Assembly (NCBI GenBank): GCA_964407765.1
Contig: CAYOWU010000004.1
Location: 28,727 to 92,726, forward strand
DNA length: 64,000 bases
Direction: 5' to 3'
Source: an uncultured Lachnospiraceae bacterium
GTDB lineage: Bacteria > Bacillota > Clostridia > Lachnospirales > Lachnospiraceae
The notes beneath the pieces are model-generated. The model saw only the letters and a program-made list of their open reading frames with translations. It searched no databases and was not told where the DNA came from. Of the stretch, positions 1 through 9,900 are shown piece after piece (position 1 is the first letter of the stretch; every line of letters begins with the position of its first letter). Both the position numbers and the translations under genes were made by a program.

Positions 1-354
1 GCGCTGGATTTGGCAGGGCGAAAGCTTTCGGAGCCTTTTAACGGCTTTTTGGGGCAGCTGGCCGGACGGCTGCGGGAATGCCCGGATAAAAGCTTTCAGC
101 AGGTTTTTCAGGAGGAAGCAGAGGCGCACTTAAGCTCGTCGGCCCTGACCGCCAAAGACAAAGAGGAGTTGATGCAAATGGGCGCTTTTCTGGGCTGTCT
201 GGATAAGGATATGCAGCTTCGGACGATGGATCTGTATCTGCAGGAATTGGACAAGGAGATTCAGGACGCGAAAGAGGGCGTGCCCGGGAAGCAGAAGCTC
301 TGCCGGAGCCTGGGGATTATGGGCGGGCTTTTTCTGGCGCTCCTTTTCATATAA
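1..354 (+). CDS. spoIIIAB: Stage III sporulation protein AB, 5'-truncated by the window edge
   Basis: Frame open from base 1. C-terminus has the FLGCLDKDMQLRTMDLY...KLCRSLGIMGGLFLALLFI pattern typical of SpoIIIAB, directly upstream of spoIIIAC. Confidence 0.9.
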   Translation, partial: ALDLAGRKLSEPFNGFLGQLAGRLRECPDKSFQQVFQEEAEAHLSSSALTAKDKEELMQMGAFLGCLDKDMQLRTMDLYLQELDKEIQDAKEGVPGKQKLCRSLGIMGGLFLALLFI

Positions 355-362
355 AAGTTTTT

Positions 363-406
363 AGGCGTTTGCGAAACGGCAAAAGAAAGCTGTTTCGCAG
401 CCGCCT
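363..406. other. Intergenic stem-loop between spoIIIAB and spoIIIAC
   Basis: AGGCG-TT-TGCGAAACGGC / GCTGTTTCGCA-GC-CGCCT imperfect inverted repeat with no U-tract. Confidence 0.5.
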
Positions 407-438
407 GTAAAAGTCGCAAACAGAAATGGAGGAAATCC

Positions 439-633
439 GTGGAAGTAAGCATTATATTTAAGATTGCCGCGGTGGGCATTCTGGTGTCCATGTTAAGCCA
501 GGTGCTCAAGCATAGTGGAAGGGATGAGCAGGCGTTTTTAATCAGCCTGGCCGGACTTTTGATTGTGTTGTTCTGGCTGCTGCCCTATATTTACGAGCTG
601 TTTGAAACCATCAAAAATTTGTTTCTATTATAA
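439..633 (+). CDS. spoIIIAC: Stage III sporulation protein AC
   Basis: 64 aa, IFKIAAVGILVSMLSQVLKHSGRDEQA motif, GGAGG RBS, position in operon. Confidence 0.95.
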   Translation: MEVSIIFKIAAVGILVSMLSQVLKHSGRDEQAFLISLAGLLIVLFWLLPYIYELFETIKNLFLL

Positions 634-644
634 TGGGGGAGGAT

Positions 645-1031
645 ATGGATATTGTCAGAATCTCTCTTTTGGGAATCGGGGGCGTGGTTCTGGGTTTTTT
701 GTTAAAAGAGAACAAGCCAGAGTACAGTTTCTATGTATCCTTCGGCGTAGGCATTGCGATCCTGTTTCTGGCGGTAGGCAAAATACGCTATCTGTTTGAT
801 TCCATCTTAAGCCTGAAAACCTATTTGCCCATGGACAGCGGCTACGTGGAAACGCTGCTGAAGATGGTAGGAATTACCTATATCGGTGAATTTTCCTCTG
901 GCATCTGCAAAGACGCGGGCTATGGGGCCATCGGAAGCCAGATTGAGATGTTCAGCAAGCTGGCCATCATGGCGGTGAGCATGCCCATTTTGCTGGCTTT
1001 GCTGGAAACCATCCATGGATTTCTCACATGA
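645..1031 (+). CDS. spoIIIAD: Stage III sporulation protein AD
   Basis: LLKMVGITYIGEFSSGICKDAGYGAIGSQIEMFSKL signature; ATG at 645 follows GGAGG. Confidence 0.95.
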   Translation: MDIVRISLLGIGGVVLGFLLKENKPEYSFYVSFGVGIAILFLAVGKIRYLFDSILSLKTYLPMDSGYVETLLKMVGITYIGEFSSGICKDAGYGAIGSQIEMFSKLAIMAVSMPILLALLETIHGFLT

Positions 1032-2197
1032 GCGGGCGCAGACGGAGTTTCCGGCATTGTTTTTGGGTGGGCCTTGTGCTCTGGCAGATTTTCGCGGCGG
1101 CGCTTCCTGTCTATGGGGCGGAGCAGCGGCAGGGCGAAGAGCAAAAGGCGCAGGAGCTGCTGGACGACATGCAGCTGGAGGAAATCCAGCAGATGGTGGA
1201 TGAGATGCTGGGGGAGGACGCGTTTTCCCTGAGCCAGGCGGTGAAAAATCTCATGTCCGGCGGGGACGCCCTCAGCAGGGAACAGGCGCTGGAGATGATC
1301 GGCCGGATTTTCTTTTCTCAGTTTGAGAAGCAGAAAAAGCTGGTATCCCAGGCGCTGATTCTAGCGCTTCTGGCGGCTCTTTTTACGAATTTTGCCCAGA
1401 TTTTCGACCGGGGCCAAGTGGGGGAGATCGGGTTTTACATCGTCTATCTTTTGATGTTCACGCTGCTTTTAAACGGGTATTACAGCTTAAGCCAACAGCT
1501 GGAGGAGCGGATTGCCGGGCTTTTAGAGCTGATGAAAGGGCTGGCGCCGGCCTATTATCTGGCGGTGGCGACTGCTTCCGGCGTGACCAGCGCAGCCATG
1601 TTTTACCAGATGGTTTTGATGCTTGTGGCAGCGGCCCAGTGGGTGATTCTGGCCTTCGTGCTGCCCTGCACGGGCCTTTACGTGCTCCTCTTGATGGTCA
1701 ACGGCCTGTCCAAAGAGGCGGTTTTAAGCAGGCTGGCGGATTTTTTCCGCACGCTGGCAGAGTGGGCCATGAAGACCATGATGGGCGTGGTGGTGGGCAT
1801 GCAGGCAATCCGAAGCTTTGTGGCGCCGGTGATCGACAGCCTGCGCCGGACAACCCTAGGGAAGACGGCCAGCGCCATTCCAGGGGTGGGAAACGCATTA
1901 AACGCCGTCACGGAAATTGTGCTGGCCAGCGCGGTGCTGGTGCGCAACTGCCTGGGCGTGGCGTTTGTGCTGCTTTTGCTGGTCTGGGGGCTGACGCCGC
2001 TGATTCAGTACAGCGTCTGCGCCCTTTTGTACAAGCTGGCGGCGGCATTAGCGCAGCCGGTGTCGGACAAACGCCTGGTCAGCTGCCTGGGGGCCATGGG
2101 CGAGGGCTGCGGCATGCTTTTGAAAATCCTGTGCGCCGCAGAACTTTTGTGCCTGATTGCCATAGCGGCGCTGGCCGTGTCTTTTGGAGGTGGATAA
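1028..2197 (+). CDS. spoIIIAE: Stage III sporulation protein AE
   Basis: 389-aa polytopic membrane protein with IPGVGNALNAVTEIVLASAVLVRN motif; ATGA overlap with AD. Confidence 0.95.
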   Translation: MSGRRRSFRHCFWVGLVLWQIFAAALPVYGAEQRQGEEQKAQELLDDMQLEEIQQMVDEMLGEDAFSLSQAVKNLMSGGDALSREQALEMIGRIFFSQFEKQKKLVSQALILALLAALFTNFAQIFDRGQVGEIGFYIVYLLMFTLLLNGYYSLSQQLEERIAGLLELMKGLAPAYYLAVATASGVTSAAMFYQMVLMLVAAAQWVILAFVLPCTGLYVLLLMVNGLSKEAVLSRLADFFRTLAEWAMKTMMGVVVGMQAIRSFVAPVIDSLRRTTLGKTASAIPGVGNALNAVTEIVLASAVLVRNCLGVAFVLLLLVWGLTPLIQYSVCALLYKLAAALAQPVSDKRLVSCLGAMGEGCGMLLKILCAAELLCLIAIAALAVSFGGG

Positions 2198-2198
2198 G

Positions 2199-2720
2199 AT
2201 GACACAGGCGGTTTATCAGTGGGTGCGGAATCTGGCGGTCTATTATATCGTGCTGACCGCGCTGATGCATATCATGCCCAATTCCCAGTATGGCAGGTAC
2301 ATCCGGTATTTCATGGGCGTTTTGCTGCTGTTGATTTTAGCGTCCCCGCTGTTTCACCTGCTGCATTTGGAAGAACGGATGAGTGAGCTGTTTCATAAGA
2401 AAACGCTGGAGGAAGAGCTCTGGCAGCCCCAGGAAAATGAGACGCAGGCGCAGGAATACTATTTGCAGGCGTACGAGCAGGAGGTGGCGGAGCGAATCCG
2501 GGAATCCTTGGAGGAAATCCTGGGAGAGGGATGTGAAATCCTGGAAGTGCGGGTGCGCATGGAGCTGGATGAAAGCAGGCGGCTTTTTGTGGCGGCGGTG
2601 CAGATCTGGCTGTCCGGCGCGGAAAATCAGCGGATGAGGGAGAGGGTGGAAAATGAGCTGGGAGAATCCTACGAAATCACAGGAGAAAGGCTGGAGCTTT
2701 TCTTTGAAGAAATGGGGTAA
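2199..2720 (+). CDS. spoIIIAF: Stage III sporulation protein AF
   Basis: QWVRNLAVYYIVLTALMHIMPNSQYGRYIRYFMG N-terminus; operon position. Confidence 0.9.
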   Translation: MTQAVYQWVRNLAVYYIVLTALMHIMPNSQYGRYIRYFMGVLLLLILASPLFHLLHLEERMSELFHKKTLEEELWQPQENETQAQEYYLQAYEQEVAERIRESLEEILGEGCEILEVRVRMELDESRRLFVAAVQIWLSGAENQRMRERVENELGESYEITGERLELFFEEMG

Positions 2721-3150
2721 AGAAAAATGGCTGGCCGTGCTTCTTTTAGGACTTTTGCTGCTGGTGACGGCCATTCCCGCAAAAAAGCCGGCCAGCCAGG
2801 CCGCTTCGGACAAAACCGCGGGCGCTGTGCGGACCGGATACAAAAGCTCCTATGGAAATGCAGACGCGGCCTCGCAGACACTGACCGAGAAGGCGGCGCT
2901 GGAGCAGCAGCTGGAGGAGCTTCTTTTGCAGGTGGAAGGCATCGGGCAGGTGCGGGTGATGCTGATGCTGAAAGATTCGTCCGACAGCGTTACCTCTTTT
3001 TCGTCCCAAAACCCGTCCGTTTCCATACAGGGCGTGCTGATTGTGGCGCAGGGTGGGGACAATTCTGTGACCGTGCGAAATATTCAGGAGGCAGTTATGG
3101 CATTATTTCAGGTGGAAGCCCATAAAATTAAAGTAATGAAAATGAAATAA
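2653..3150 (+). CDS. spoIIIAG: Stage III sporulation protein AG (short variant; start uncertain)
   Basis: TM helix, LEELLLQVEGIGQVRVML and IQGVLIVAQGGDN...ALFQVEAHKIKVMKM motifs. Confidence 0.9.
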   Translation: MSWENPTKSQEKGWSFSLKKWGKEKWLAVLLLGLLLLVTAIPAKKPASQAASDKTAGAVRTGYKSSYGNADAASQTLTEKAALEQQLEELLLQVEGIGQVRVMLMLKDSSDSVTSFSSQNPSVSIQGVLIVAQGGDNSVTVRNIQEAVMALFQVEAHKIKVMKMK

Positions 3151-3165
3151 AAAAAGGAGAGGAAA

Positions 3166-3912
3166 GTGAAAAAAGTTTTCAAGAAAAATCAAGTGATCAT
3201 TACGGCGCTGGCAATCATGATTGCCGTGGCAGGCTATCTGAGTTTTTCCGACGTGGATTTCGGAATGAAAGAGGCCAGCACAGAGACTGCGGACAGCAAT
3301 ATCCTGGAGGATGACGTGTTAAAGGATATTGAAAGTCTGGATTACGATGTAAGCGATGAGACTGCGCTTCTGGAAGAAAACGGCCTTGGCGCCACGGCGC
3401 AGGCATCCCCCACAGAGTCGCCCCAGGCGGGAGACGCCACGGGAACGGAAACAGGCACGGAAGGGACGGCTGCGCCGGAGAGCGGCGAAGCGGACGGCGC
3501 CCAGGAGGACGTAAGCACAGACACCCCTGGGGAAGCGGTGCTTACAGGCTCCACAGGATTTGCGGCCCAGGCCAAAATAAGCCGGGAACAGGTGCGCTCC
3601 CAGAATAAGGAAAACCTGATGCAGATCATCGACAACCCGGACGTGTCCGAAGAGCAGAAAGCGGAAGCAGTGGCCAGTATGGTTACGTTGTCGGAGACGG
3701 CGGAGCGGGAATCGGCGGCGGAAGTGCTGCTGGAATCCAAAGGCTTTGCGGACGTGGTGGTAAACTTAACTGGAAACAGCGCGGATGTGGTGGTGCCGGA
3801 TAACCAGCTGGACGATACATCCCGGGCCCAGATCGAGGACATCGTAAAGCGCAAGACGGAAATCGCGCCGGAAAATATCGTGATTACGCCCCTTAGCCAG
3901 GCGTCGGAATGA
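3166..3912 (+). CDS. spoIIIAH: Stage III sporulation protein AH
   Basis: KKNQVIITALAIMIAVAGYL N-terminus; AEVLLESKGFADVVV...AQIEDIVKRKT C-terminal domain. Confidence 0.93.
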   Translation: MKKVFKKNQVIITALAIMIAVAGYLSFSDVDFGMKEASTETADSNILEDDVLKDIESLDYDVSDETALLEENGLGATAQASPTESPQAGDATGTETGTEGTAAPESGEADGAQEDVSTDTPGEAVLTGSTGFAAQAKISREQVRSQNKENLMQIIDNPDVSEEQKAEAVASMVTLSETAERESAAEVLLESKGFADVVVNLTGNSADVVVPDNQLDDTSRAQIEDIVKRKTEIAPENIVITPLSQASE

Positions 3913-3934
3913 AGCGTCCTGTAAATAACGCCCC

Positions 3935-3963
3935 TTGACAGCCCGTTTCCGGTGTAATAGAAT
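3935..3963 (+). promoter_or_regulatory. SigA-type promoter of prfC
   Basis: TTGACA-17 bp-TAGAAT. Confidence 0.75.
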
Positions 3964-4017
3964 GGAAACGTTGTAAAAGAACGGAAAAAAGCAATTATTA
4001 TATACAGGAGGTTTACG

Positions 4018-5607
4018 GTGCCAAAATACACGAAAGAGATTGAGAAAAGGCGCACGTTTGCGATTATATCCCACCCGGACGCCGGGAAAACCACGCTGAC
4101 GGAGAAGTTTCTCTTATACGGCGGGGCCATCAACCTGGCCGGCTCGGTCAAAGGGAAGGCGACAGCCAGACATGCGGTATCGGACTGGATGGAAATCGAG
4201 AAGGAGAGAGGAATCTCCGTCACATCCTCCGTCCTGCAGTTTCATTACGATAATTACTGCATAAACATATTGGACACCCCGGGACATCAGGATTTTTCCG
4301 AGGACACATACCGGACTTTGATGGCCGCGGATTCAGCGGTGATGGTCATAGACGGCTCAAAGGGAGTGGAGGCGCAGACCCGCAAACTGTTCAAAGTTTG
4401 CGTCATGCGCCATATCCCTATTTTCACATTTATCAATAAAATGGACAGAGACGCCAACGATACCTTTGATTTACTGGATGAGATTGAAAAGGAACTGGGA
4501 ATCGCCACCTGCCCCATCAACTGGCCCATCGGGTCGGGAAAAGCGTTTCGCGGCGTTTACGACCGCCGGACCAGGCAGGTTCTCACATTCTCAGATACCA
4601 AGAAAGGAACCCAGGAGGGAACCGGGGAGGAGATTGCCCTTTCCGATCCCCATTTGCTGGACATCCTGGATGGGGCGCAAAAAGATACGCTTGAGGAGGA
4701 AATCGAACTCTTGGACGGCGCCAGCGCGGAATTTGACCAGGCGCTGGTGGATCAGGGGAAATTGTCCCCGGTGTTCTTTGGCTCTGCGCTGACCAACTTC
4801 GGCGTAGAAACGTTTTTAAAACATTTTCTGGCTATGACGGCCTCCCCGCTGGCCCGGATTTCGGACAAAGGGGAGATTGACCCCATGGGGGATGATTTCT
4901 CCGCCTTCGTGTTCAAGATTCAGGCGAATATGAACAAGGCCCACCGGGACAGGCTGGCTTTTCTGCGCATCTGCTCCGGACGGTTTGATTCCAGCCAGGA
5001 AGTGTACCATGTGCAGGGGAACAAAAAAATGCGCCTGTCCCAGCCCCAGCAGATGATGGCCCAGTCCCGGCATGTGGTGGAGGAGGCCTACGCGGGGGAT
5101 ATCATCGGCGTGTTCGACCCGGGGATATTCTCCATCGGCGACACCGTGTGCAAGCCCGGGGAGAAATTCGCCTACGAGGGTATCCCCACCTTCGCGCCGG
5201 AGCATTTCGCCCGGGTGCGCCAGGTGGACACCATGAAGCGGAAACAATTTACCAAAGGGGTGAATCAGATTGCCCAGGAAGGCGCTATCCAGATTTTCCA
5301 GGAGCTGAACTCCGGCATGGAGGAGATCATCGTGGGCGTGGTGGGCGTGCTGCAGTTCGACGTGCTCAAGTACCGCCTGCAAAACGAATACAACGTGGAG
5401 ATCATTCTGGAAAATCTGCCCTACGAGCATCTGCGCTGGATCGCCAATCCCGATGAAGTGGATGTGAAGAAAATTATAGGCACTTCCGATATGAAGAAAG
5501 TTACGGATTTGAAGGGAAATCCCCTGCTTTTGTTTGTGAATGCGTGGAGCGTGGGGATGACGCTGGACAGAAACGACGGGCTGGTCCTGTCCGAATTTGG
5601 CATTTAA
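4018..5607 (+). CDS. prfC: Peptide chain release factor 3
   Basis: RRTFAIISHPDAGKTTLTEK, DTPGHQDFSEDTYR and NKMDR GTPase motifs; 529 aa. Confidence 0.98.
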   Translation: MPKYTKEIEKRRTFAIISHPDAGKTTLTEKFLLYGGAINLAGSVKGKATARHAVSDWMEIEKERGISVTSSVLQFHYDNYCINILDTPGHQDFSEDTYRTLMAADSAVMVIDGSKGVEAQTRKLFKVCVMRHIPIFTFINKMDRDANDTFDLLDEIEKELGIATCPINWPIGSGKAFRGVYDRRTRQVLTFSDTKKGTQEGTGEEIALSDPHLLDILDGAQKDTLEEEIELLDGASAEFDQALVDQGKLSPVFFGSALTNFGVETFLKHFLAMTASPLARISDKGEIDPMGDDFSAFVFKIQANMNKAHRDRLAFLRICSGRFDSSQEVYHVQGNKKMRLSQPQQMMAQSRHVVEEAYAGDIIGVFDPGIFSIGDTVCKPGEKFAYEGIPTFAPEHFARVRQVDTMKRKQFTKGVNQIAQEGAIQIFQELNSGMEEIIVGVVGVLQFDVLKYRLQNEYNVEIILENLPYEHLRWIANPDEVDVKKIIGTSDMKKVTDLKGNPLLLFVNAWSVGMTLDRNDGLVLSEFGI

Positions 5608-5613
5608 GATTGA

Positions 5614-5649
5614 AAACCGATCGTATCCATTTTGGGGCGGTCGGTTTTT
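5614..5649 (+). terminator. Rho-independent terminator after prfC
   Basis: AAAACCGATCG...CGGTCGGTTTTT hairpin with T-tract. Confidence 0.7.
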
Positions 5650-5677
5650 GACATTTATTCAGGGTTTGTGGTAAAAT
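5648..5677 (+). promoter_or_regulatory. SigA-type promoter of the beta-helix gene
   Basis: TTGACA-18 bp-TAAAAT with extended TGn; overlaps the terminator T-tract. Confidence 0.6.
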
Positions 5678-5707
5678 GTCCATAAAAACAGAAGAGGGAG
5701 TGAAGAA

Positions 5708-6829
5708 ATGAGAAGGTTCAAAATGTTTTTGATTGGGAGCGCGCTCCTCATACTGGGGCTGCCCGTATGCGCCTGGGGTGCGCCGGCGGGCGCGAAAGCC
5801 ACGGGGGCGAAGCTGCCAAAGTATCAGAAAGTGGCAGTGCGCAAGGTGGACGTTTCCACAGAGGACAGTTTCTCCACCAGCATGAAAAAATATCTGGAGG
5901 AAGCGGCCAAAAAGGCGGATCGAAATACCCAATACAAAATCGTTATCCCCCCGGGGACGTACAAAGCCCGTTACTGGCAGACGGTTCCCAGCAATACCTG
6001 GATTTACGCCAAAGGCGCCACCATCCGCGCCATAAAAGGAAAGAAGCGGATGGTTCTTTTAAGCAACCAGGGGGACGGCGCCGGGGAGAATATCAAGATC
6101 GAAGGCGGCGTCTGGGACACCACGACGCAGAACAAAAGCGATTCCCCGGTGACGGCTCCGTTTCGTTTCGCCCACGTCAAAAACCTGGTCTTTGAAAACG
6201 TAACCATAAAGGCCAACCGGTACGCGCATCTGATCGAGGTGTCGGACATTCAGGGGCTGACCATCCGAAACTGCAGTTTGTCCGGAAACGATTACGATTA
6301 CCAGCTGCAGCCAAAAGAGGCGATTCAGCTGGACGTGGCCACCAAAGCGGCCATGCCGAACATGACTCCTTACAACGGAAAAGGCTGCCACAATGCGGTG
6401 ATTGAAAACAATCGTTTCAACCGGGTGGCCCGGGGCGTCGGCTCCCACAATTCGGAAGTGGGCGCGGAGAAAGACCCGTACACCAACGTGATCGTGCGAA
6501 ACAATGTCTTCAAGAACCTGAAAGGGGAGGCCATATTCATCAAATGGTGGAAATACTGCACCGTGGAAAAAAACACTGTGGAAAACGGAAAACACGCGGG
6601 AATTTTCATACAGTCTGGCTGGAAATTAAAAGTCACCAGCAACACGGTAAAGAAGATTTCCTCCTTCAGCGGCACCCGGCGCAGGGAATACGGCGCCGAC
6701 CGGGCGGGGGTTTTCCTGCAAAAAGGCACGGACAACCAGTTCTGGTACAACAAAATCTCCGGCTTTAAGGGGAAGGCCGTCAGCGTAAAGAGCAGCAAAA
6801 CCTGTAAGAGAAATTCCATCAAGAAATAA
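5708..6829 (+). CDS. Secreted right-handed parallel beta-helix (pectin-lyase-like) protein
   Basis: Signal peptide, KIVIPPGTY start-of-helix motif, repeated (I/V)xNNxFxN stacks, very Lys-rich. Confidence 0.75.
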   Translation: MRRFKMFLIGSALLILGLPVCAWGAPAGAKATGAKLPKYQKVAVRKVDVSTEDSFSTSMKKYLEEAAKKADRNTQYKIVIPPGTYKARYWQTVPSNTWIYAKGATIRAIKGKKRMVLLSNQGDGAGENIKIEGGVWDTTTQNKSDSPVTAPFRFAHVKNLVFENVTIKANRYAHLIEVSDIQGLTIRNCSLSGNDYDYQLQPKEAIQLDVATKAAMPNMTPYNGKGCHNAVIENNRFNRVARGVGSHNSEVGAEKDPYTNVIVRNNVFKNLKGEAIFIKWWKYCTVEKNTVENGKHAGIFIQSGWKLKVTSNTVKKISSFSGTRRREYGADRAGVFLQKGTDNQFWYNKISGFKGKAVSVKSSKTCKRNSIKK

Positions 6830-6889
6830 GTAAAAATATGGACTTGAGGTATTGTGATTGAAAAATGCTGTTTCGGATTAAAAAAGACC

Positions 6890-6933
6890 GGGAAGGGACG
6901 GCAGATTTCATTTGTCTCTGCCGTCCCTTTCCG
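6890..6933. terminator. Terminator hairpin between convergent genes
   Basis: GGAAGGGACGGCAGA / TCTGCCGTCCCTTTCC inverted repeat; upstream A-tract gives a T-tract on the minus strand. Confidence 0.75.
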
Positions 6934-6941
6934 ATGGATCC

Positions 6942-9900
6942 TTATTTTACAATTTTCATAGTTGCTTTCTTACCTGTCTTTTTGCTGAATTTCTTTTTAT
7001 AGGCTTTCAGTTTCCTGGCCGGGACTTTGATTTTGGCTTTTTTGTGGATGCCTGTGATTGCCTGGCTGCCTACTTTATGCAGTTTTTTAGATTTCACCGT
7101 AATTTTGGCAAGCTTGCCGCATTTGCAGAATGCCCGGCTGCCAATGGTTCGCACTCCTGTTCCAAGAGTGACGGATTTTAGTTTCTTACAGCCGTAAAAT
7201 GCCTGGGAGCCAATGGTCTGCACGTTGTTGCCGATTTTGGCCGTGGCGAGCTTTTTGTGGTTTTTAAAAGCTTTCGCGCCAATGGAGGTCACCAGGAATG
7301 CCTCGCCTGTGGCGGGGGCGGTGACTTTGGCGGGGATTGTGACTTTCGTCTTTTTCCCGTTCAATCCCTTTACCTGCGCCTGTCCCGGCGTTTTCCCTTT
7401 GGCGGCTTTGGTCACGGTGAACTTCAGGCCGCTGCCCGAAAGGGTGAATGTATTTCCTTTTTTCAGCTTCTTTTGCGGCGCCGAAGGCGCTTTCTGAATG
7501 CGGTAAGAAAATACGGTTACAGCGCTGTCTGCCATGCCCTTTTTCACCGCGCAGGCTTTGATTTTGACGGCCTTTGCAATGGTCAGCGGTTTGGCGTATT
7601 TTTTCCTGGCTCTGTTGTTTGCCTTACGGGGGTCGGAGCCGTCCAGGGTGTAGTAAATGTCCGCGCCTGATGTGTTTGTGGAAAGTATAACTTTTGTGCC
7701 CTTTTTGACGGAAGAGCCGCTTTTGATGTTGGCGGACACGGCGGCGCATACGTTTGTGGCCGGAGGCGCAGAGCGTTTGGCCACGGAAACGGTGATTTCT
7801 TTGGCAATGTCCGTGCCGGTGATGGCCAGGGTGACTGTGGCGGTTCCGGTTTTGAGTCCTTTTAATTTTATTGCGGCGGAGCCGTTTTCATCCACGGGCA
7901 GCGCGTCTGTCGGCGCGGAAACGATGTCTGGCGCCGAGGACGTTGCGGTGACGGTCAGTCCCGTGGCTGCTTCTTTCGGAAGGATCTGACAGGAAACAGT
8001 GATTTCCGTCTGCGGCTCTAGATCTGCATGATCCTGCGCCTGGATGCGCTCTGGCTCTTTTAATATTTTGTAGGTAAATTCGGCGGCGTCGCTGTGGCGC
8101 ATGCCTTTTTTTGCGGCACATGCCCGTATGGTTGTGTCCTTTGTTAGCGTCAGCGGATCTGTGTATTTCATTCTTGTCTGGCTGCTTTCGCTGCAGGGGT
8201 CAGAGCCGTCCAGGGTGTAGTAAATGTCCGCGCCTGGTGTGTTTGTGGATAGTATGACTTTCGTGCCCTTTCGGACGGAGGAGCCGCTTTTGATGTTGGC
8301 GGACACGGCGGCGCATATATTCGTTTCGGTCTGTCCGGCGTCTGTGACGGCAGCCGTAATTTTTTTCGTAACGGCTGTGCCGGCGATGGTCAGGGTGATT
8401 ACGGCAGTTCCTTTTTTCAGTCCTTTCAGCCGCAGGGCCGCACTGCCGTCACTGGCCGCGGTTACGCTTTGCGTCAGCACGGAAACGATGTCCGGCGCCA
8501 AGGATTCTGCGGTAACTGTGCGTCCGCTTCCTGCCTGGGCCGGAAGTATCCGGCAGGTAAGCTGCGCCTCGGCGTTTAGAGCGATGTCCACCTGGTCATT
8601 GGCCTGGATGCTTAAAGGCTCTTCCACTGTGGCGTCGCCCGCGATGGTATAGGAAAAGCGGGCGGCAGGACTGTCTGCCATGCCTTCTTTCACCGCGTAG
8701 GCGATGATCTGCGTGTCCTGCGTGATGGCCAGCGGTTCGCTGTATTTCTTCCGGGAAGGGCTGTCTGTTTCGCATGGACAGCTTCCGTCCAGGGTGTAGT
8801 AGATCTGTGCGCCTTCAGTGGCTGTGGACAGGGTGACTTTCGTCCCTTTTTGCACAGCGGTTCCGGAGGCGGGGCTGGCGGTTACTTTTTCGCAGGCTTC
8901 CTGCAGTTGACTGGTTACGTTTATTTCTACGGATTTCGTAATGTCCGTGCCTTCCAGGGACAAAAGAATTTCCCCGGCGCCTGGAAGCTGGCCGTTTAAG
9001 GCGATGACGGCTTTGCCGTCTGCGTCCGCCTGCACCCGTTCTTCCTGTACGGTCACAATGGCCGGCGTAAAGGACTGGGCGGTTATGATCAGTCCGGCGG
9101 CTGCCGCTTCTGCCGGGGCGATCTGAACTTCCAGATTTCCGGCGGTATGGGTCAGCAGCTGGATGGAGTCCGCTTCCAGGGATTTTGGCTCTGCCTGGAT
9201 GGTTTTGTTAGTTTCATAGGCCGTCCCTATGGTTTTTCCCGCATAGTTGGCGGCAGTTCCTGCGACGCGGACGCGGATTTCTCCGGACAGGGTTTTGTCC
9301 GGCGTAAACACGAAGGTCTTGGCGCAGCGGCCGTTTTCTTTGGTCAGGGACGGCTCCGCGTCGTAAGGGGCGACGGTTCCAGTGATTTTTTGGCCATTTG
9401 CCGTTACGGCAACGCTGTCTGCCTTTACGCTTTCGATGTCCATGTACTGGCTGAAAGTGATTTTTACATTGTCGTTGTAGGCGTTCACCCGCTCGATCTG
9501 GGGCGCCGCATTGGCCGTCATGGCTATGTTTACTTCGGTCTGGGGCGGCGGCACGGGCATCCAGTCGGAGTAGGCCGTCTGGTAGCCTTCTTTTTCGTAT
9601 TTGACCCGCCATTGCCCTTCGGGCACATCCCAGGCGTAGGAGCCGTCGGCGAAAGTGGTCAGCGGGTTTTTCTGGTCGTATTCGGCTGCGTCCCATTTGG
9701 CGCCGTCGCCGCCCTGGTCGTTTTTGCGATAGTAGATGGTGGCGGTGACATCGGCCAGCCGGTTGGAGGACACGGCCTCACACACATAGCCGGAAGGGTC
9801 CAGGATGGGGACTTTGTCTATATCCGGGCTTTTGACAGACCAGGACGACTGTCCCTGGCCAGAGCTTCCGGTATTTCCAGAGCTTCCGGACGCGCCGATG

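Noticed and set aside
3342-4223. 293-aa minus-strand ORF, plus similar long antisense ORFs (9147-10139, 16174-17184, 55321-56292, 60152-61033, 61064-62170)
   Set aside because: They are shadows of well-supported genes on the opposite strand, with no RBS or recognisable motifs; expected in GC-rich coding DNA.
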